A DNA stretch of 64,000 nt from Fusicatenibacter sp. (lineage in GTDB: Bacteria > Bacillota > Clostridia > Lachnospirales > Lachnospiraceae): positions 1,615-65,614 of the forward strand of contig JAGHIA010000009.1 in the NCBI GenBank assembly GCA_017887445.1, written 5' to 3'. Numbering within the stretch: the stretch's first letter is position 1; each line of letters starts with the position of its first letter. The position numbers and the translations under genes are program-made. The notes under the pieces were generated by a model, which made no database searches, was not told where the DNA came from, and saw only the letters and a program-made list of their open reading frames with translations. Shown piece after piece: positions 61,061 through 64,000 of the stretch.

Positions 61061-62680
61061 TTACTCTGCGGAAGCGCCCGGCGGCGTCTTCGGCTTCACC
61101 GTCTTGTTGCGGTATTCGTTGGGCGTCATTCCCGTCAGATCGCGGAAGGTTTTGCTGAAATAGGAAAAATTGCTGTACCCAACTTCCAGGGCGATCCTGC
61201 TCACCGGCAGATTGGAATGGCTCAGGTAATCCTTCGCCTTCTCAATCCTGCGGGCCGCAATGTAGCCGGGGATACTCATGCCTGTGGTAGCCTTGAACAG
61301 CTTGGACACATAATCCTCCGACAGAAACACCATTTTCGCCAGCAGACCTCTGGACAGTTCCTCATGCAGATGGTTTTCTATGTAATCCTTCACCTGGGTC
61401 ACCACGTCCTCCTGGCTTTTCCGGGAACCGGCGCTGCCCTTCAGCGTCTCAAACACCCACTGCACAAATCCCACGGCGGCGTCCAGCGAGTGGTAGGAAT
61501 CTCTCTCCCTTCGGTCGAACTCCCGGCTCTCGAACACCTGGGAAAATCCCATCTGCTGCTGTCCAAGATAACCATACACCAGTTGTCCCAGTTCCTTCAG
61601 GAAACGCTCGAGACTTTCTATGGTCAGAACCCCCTGATCGAAATTTTCGCCCAGGAACGCGCAGATATCCTGGCAGACCTGGTCCATCTCCTGAGAATTG
61701 TTCATGGATTTCTGCCAGACCTCCCACGGCGGCGTCTTGTAGCAGCCGCCTTTTGGAAGTTCCTCGTTCAGATAGGGGATTTCCCTTTCCCGCAGGATCC
61801 CGTCCTTGCCCGGCAGGATCTTCTTTTCCATCAGCTCGATCTGCTTCCAGCCTGTCGCCGTCTCCCGTATGGGACGCGCCTCCCCGATGTACATACAGGA
61901 TCGCTGGGGGAGGATTTTGTTCAGATATTTTTTCAGCTCGCCGGATGCCTCCAGAAACGCTTCCTGATCCCCCGCACTGCAAAAGATCAGCACCCACTCA
62001 TAATCGCTGACCTGAACCACCGCGTCCATCACCTGCTGCTTTTTTTCAAAAAATTCCGTGGTGATGTTGCGGATTACAAAATTGAACAAGGAAAGATCCT
62101 TCTTTTAATTAATATCCTTGTCATCAGCAAAGATTTTGATGGCTTCCAGTCTCAGAACATCCGACTCCCGGTACAGGCCCTGCTCCAGCGCCCGCCCCAG
62201 AAGTTCCTCCTGGCCGGACGGCTCTCTCAAAAACTCCTCCCAGAAACCAGTCTTTCCCTTTTTCTGCCCGGCGCCCTGCTCCAGGTTTCTCCGCTCCCAC
62301 TTTTCCCGCGTCTCCCCGACGATCCTGGTCAGAACCGCCTCCAGATCTTGATTGGAGATTGGTTTCAGAAGATATTCCCGGGTGGACAGGCGCAGAGCTT
62401 TCTGAGCATAGGCGAAGTTGGCGTAGCTGCTCAGGAACACACACTCCACCTCCATCTGGCTGTCACGGATCCATTCCAGAAGCTCCAGTCCGCTGCCCTG
62501 AGGCATATCGATGTCACACAACAGAAACTGGATGGGAAATTCCTCCAGCAGTTTCTGCGCCTGCCGGATATTGTAGGCGGTAAACACCATGGAGATCCCT
62601 ATTTTCTCCCACTGCACGGTTTCCTCCAGCTTGTCCACCAAAAGTTTATCGTCGTCCACGATCAGAATACTCAGTTCCAT
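61061..62680 (-). pseudogene. YesN-type response regulator (REC + AraC-type HTH) interrupted by one in-frame TAA
   Basis: The REC part (MELSILIVDDD...LCDIDMPQGSG...) ends ...IFADDKDIN-TAA. The same frame then continues KKDLSLFNFVIRNITTEFF... to the AraC HTH (RIALEVGYSNFSYFSKTFRD). The total of about 538 codons matches intact YesN-like proteins. Confidence 0.7.
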
Positions 62681-62729
62681 CCCACGCCCTCCTCTGTTCT
62701 TTTCACACTTTTTACGCAGGGATTCATCC

Positions 62730-62910
62730 GGAGGAATCATTATTCTCTTGCCGGCAGACGATCCAGCCGGATGAACCATTATCCTCTTGCCGGCAGACGA
62801 TCCAGCCGGATGAACCGTTATCCTCTTGCCGGCAGACGATCCAGCCGGATGAACCGCTATCCTCTTACCGGCAGACGATCCAGCCGGAGGAATCGTTACT
62901 CCTGCCGGTA
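62730..62910. repeat. 39-bp tandem repeat, four full units plus a partial fifth
   Basis: Units start at 62730, 62769, 62808, 62847 and 62886 and read GGATGAACCGTTATCCTCTTGCCGGCAGACGATCCAGCC. The first and last units are GGAGGAATC variants. Confidence 0.9.
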
Positions 62911-63771
62911 TACTTTTTCCTCGGTGAATCCCCGTCCCTTGACTTCGTTCACTTTTCCCACGATCATAAACGCCTGCGGATCCGTCTCCATCACCAGGCG
63001 GTTCAGCGCGCCAAGCTCACGGTTGGAGATCACCGTCATGACCATGGGCTGCTCCTGCTTCATGAACCCTGTGGTCGAATGGATCAGCGTGGAGCCTCTG
63101 TCCAGCTCGCGGATGATCTTCTCGTTGATCTGCTCATATTCCTTGCTGACGATCTTCACCTGGGTCTGGGACGTACCGATCAGCAGCACCTTGTCCAGCA
63201 CCACTGTGTAGATCATCACCAGCAGGATTCCGTACAGGATCTGCTCCTTGTCCGAAAACAGCATCTGAAATACAAGGATCGTCACGTCGAACACATACAG
63301 CATCACCGATACCGGAAGGCCGAATTTCTTTTTCAGGATCAGCGGCGGAATGTCCATACCGCCTGTGGACGCGCCGGCACGGATCACGCTTCCGATGCCA
63401 AAACCGATCATCAATCCCCCGAACACCGACGACAGCATGGGGTCCGTCGTCATCTGGGAGATCCCCGGAATGTTCTGAAGGATCCCCAGGATCACAGGAT
63501 AATAAAAAGAACTGACCATGGTCGTGAGCGCAAATTTCATGCCGAGAACCGCCGCTCCCAGCAGAAACATGCACAGGTTCATAAGGAACACAAAGAGGGA
63601 CACCGGAATATGCAGAAAATATTCCGCACTCAGGGCAAGGCCCGTAGTTCCTCCGGTGATCAGGCCGGACGGCAGAACAAACATGACGATTCCCAGCGCA
63701 TAGACAGTATTTCCCAGCAGAATCCACGGCAGCGTCCTCAGAAAACGTTTCGCTTCCACTTTTGCTTTCAT
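62896..63771 (-). CDS. YitT-family membrane protein (DUF2179 C-terminal domain)
   Basis: Start trimmed to MKAKVEAKRFLRTLPWILLGN, preceded by GAGGAGGAGAAGT. It has five or six TM helices (ITGGTTGLAL) and a C-terminal soluble domain. Confidence 0.85.
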   Translation of the reverse strand: MKAKVEAKRFLRTLPWILLGNTVYALGIVMFVLPSGLITGGTTGLALSAEYFLHIPVSLFVFLMNLCMFLLGAAVLGMKFALTTMVSSFYYPVILGILQNIPGISQMTTDPMLSSVFGGLMIGFGIGSVIRAGASTGGMDIPPLILKKKFGLPVSVMLYVFDVTILVFQMLFSDKEQILYGILLVMIYTVVLDKVLLIGTSQTQVKIVSKEYEQINEKIIRELDRGSTLIHSTTGFMKQEQPMVMTVISNRELGALNRLVMETDPQAFMIVGKVNEVKGRGFTEEKVYRQE

Positions 63772-64000
63772 ACTTCTCCTCCTCATATTGTGTATAAACA
63801 AAAATGCGCAACCGTACAGCGCCGCTGGGCTCGCGCCGCCGCGGCAGGCTGAACAGTTACAAAAATGTCTCAAAATCCATTTCGTTTCTGCCTGTTGTCT
63901 CTCACATTCTAAAGAAAAGAGCCGGTCAGAACAATAGCCTTTGGGACATTCACTTCTTATTATACACAAAAATGTCCGTTTGAAAAGGAGCAGAATCTTA

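Noticed and set aside
62730-62910. Possible CRISPR array (regular 39-bp repeats).
   Set aside because: The units are directly contiguous with no unique spacers between them. No cas genes or leader are present. The array is a plain tandem repeat of the REP-like element.

Overview
This 64-kb chromosomal segment comes from a moderately GC-rich, spore-forming Clostridia-type Firmicute. The evidence for that is sigK, the codY-topA-dprA-comM synteny, YesM/YesN-type sugar sensing and multiple GH36 enzymes. About 50 genes are present and all but four lie on the minus strand.

Gene content, left to right:
- A partial cell-wall amidase.
- guaB, two small membrane proteins, and groES-groEL with a sigmaA promoter and CIRCE operator.
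- codY, topA, dprA, comM, sigK and aspartokinase.
- A transglutaminase-like lipoprotein and a DUF362-like protein.
- A thiamine cluster: TPP riboswitch-thiC-thiD, then thiW-thiM-thiE.
- Two MATE exporters.
- pepP-like, kbl and tdh.
- An alpha-galactoside ABC locus with two GH36-type enzymes, an unassigned 424-aa protein and an AraC regulator.
- glgP, lacI-family regulator and malQ.
- A third GH36 enzyme.
- A YesM/YesN-type two-component ABC sugar locus with duplicated binding proteins.
- A YitT-family membrane protein.

I recognised no rRNA, tRNA, CRISPR array, transposase, integrase, phage gene or known defence gene. I did not find a clear novel protein-coding system.

The unusual content is mostly non-coding:
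1. At least four families of intergenic repeats populate almost every operon boundary. They include a 162-bp perfect-TIR palindromic MITE-like element, REP-like hairpins, a roughly 285-bp inverted repeat, and 39-bp, 17-19-bp and 10-bp tandem arrays.
2. Two disruptive lesions sit in one sugar locus: a 7-bp tandem duplication that frameshifts a glycoside hydrolase, and an in-frame TAA inside a TTAATTAA palindrome that splits the response regulator.
3. A leader upstream of thiW matches only the 5-prime half of the TPP aptamer.

All family calls are made by eye from motifs. No searches were run.
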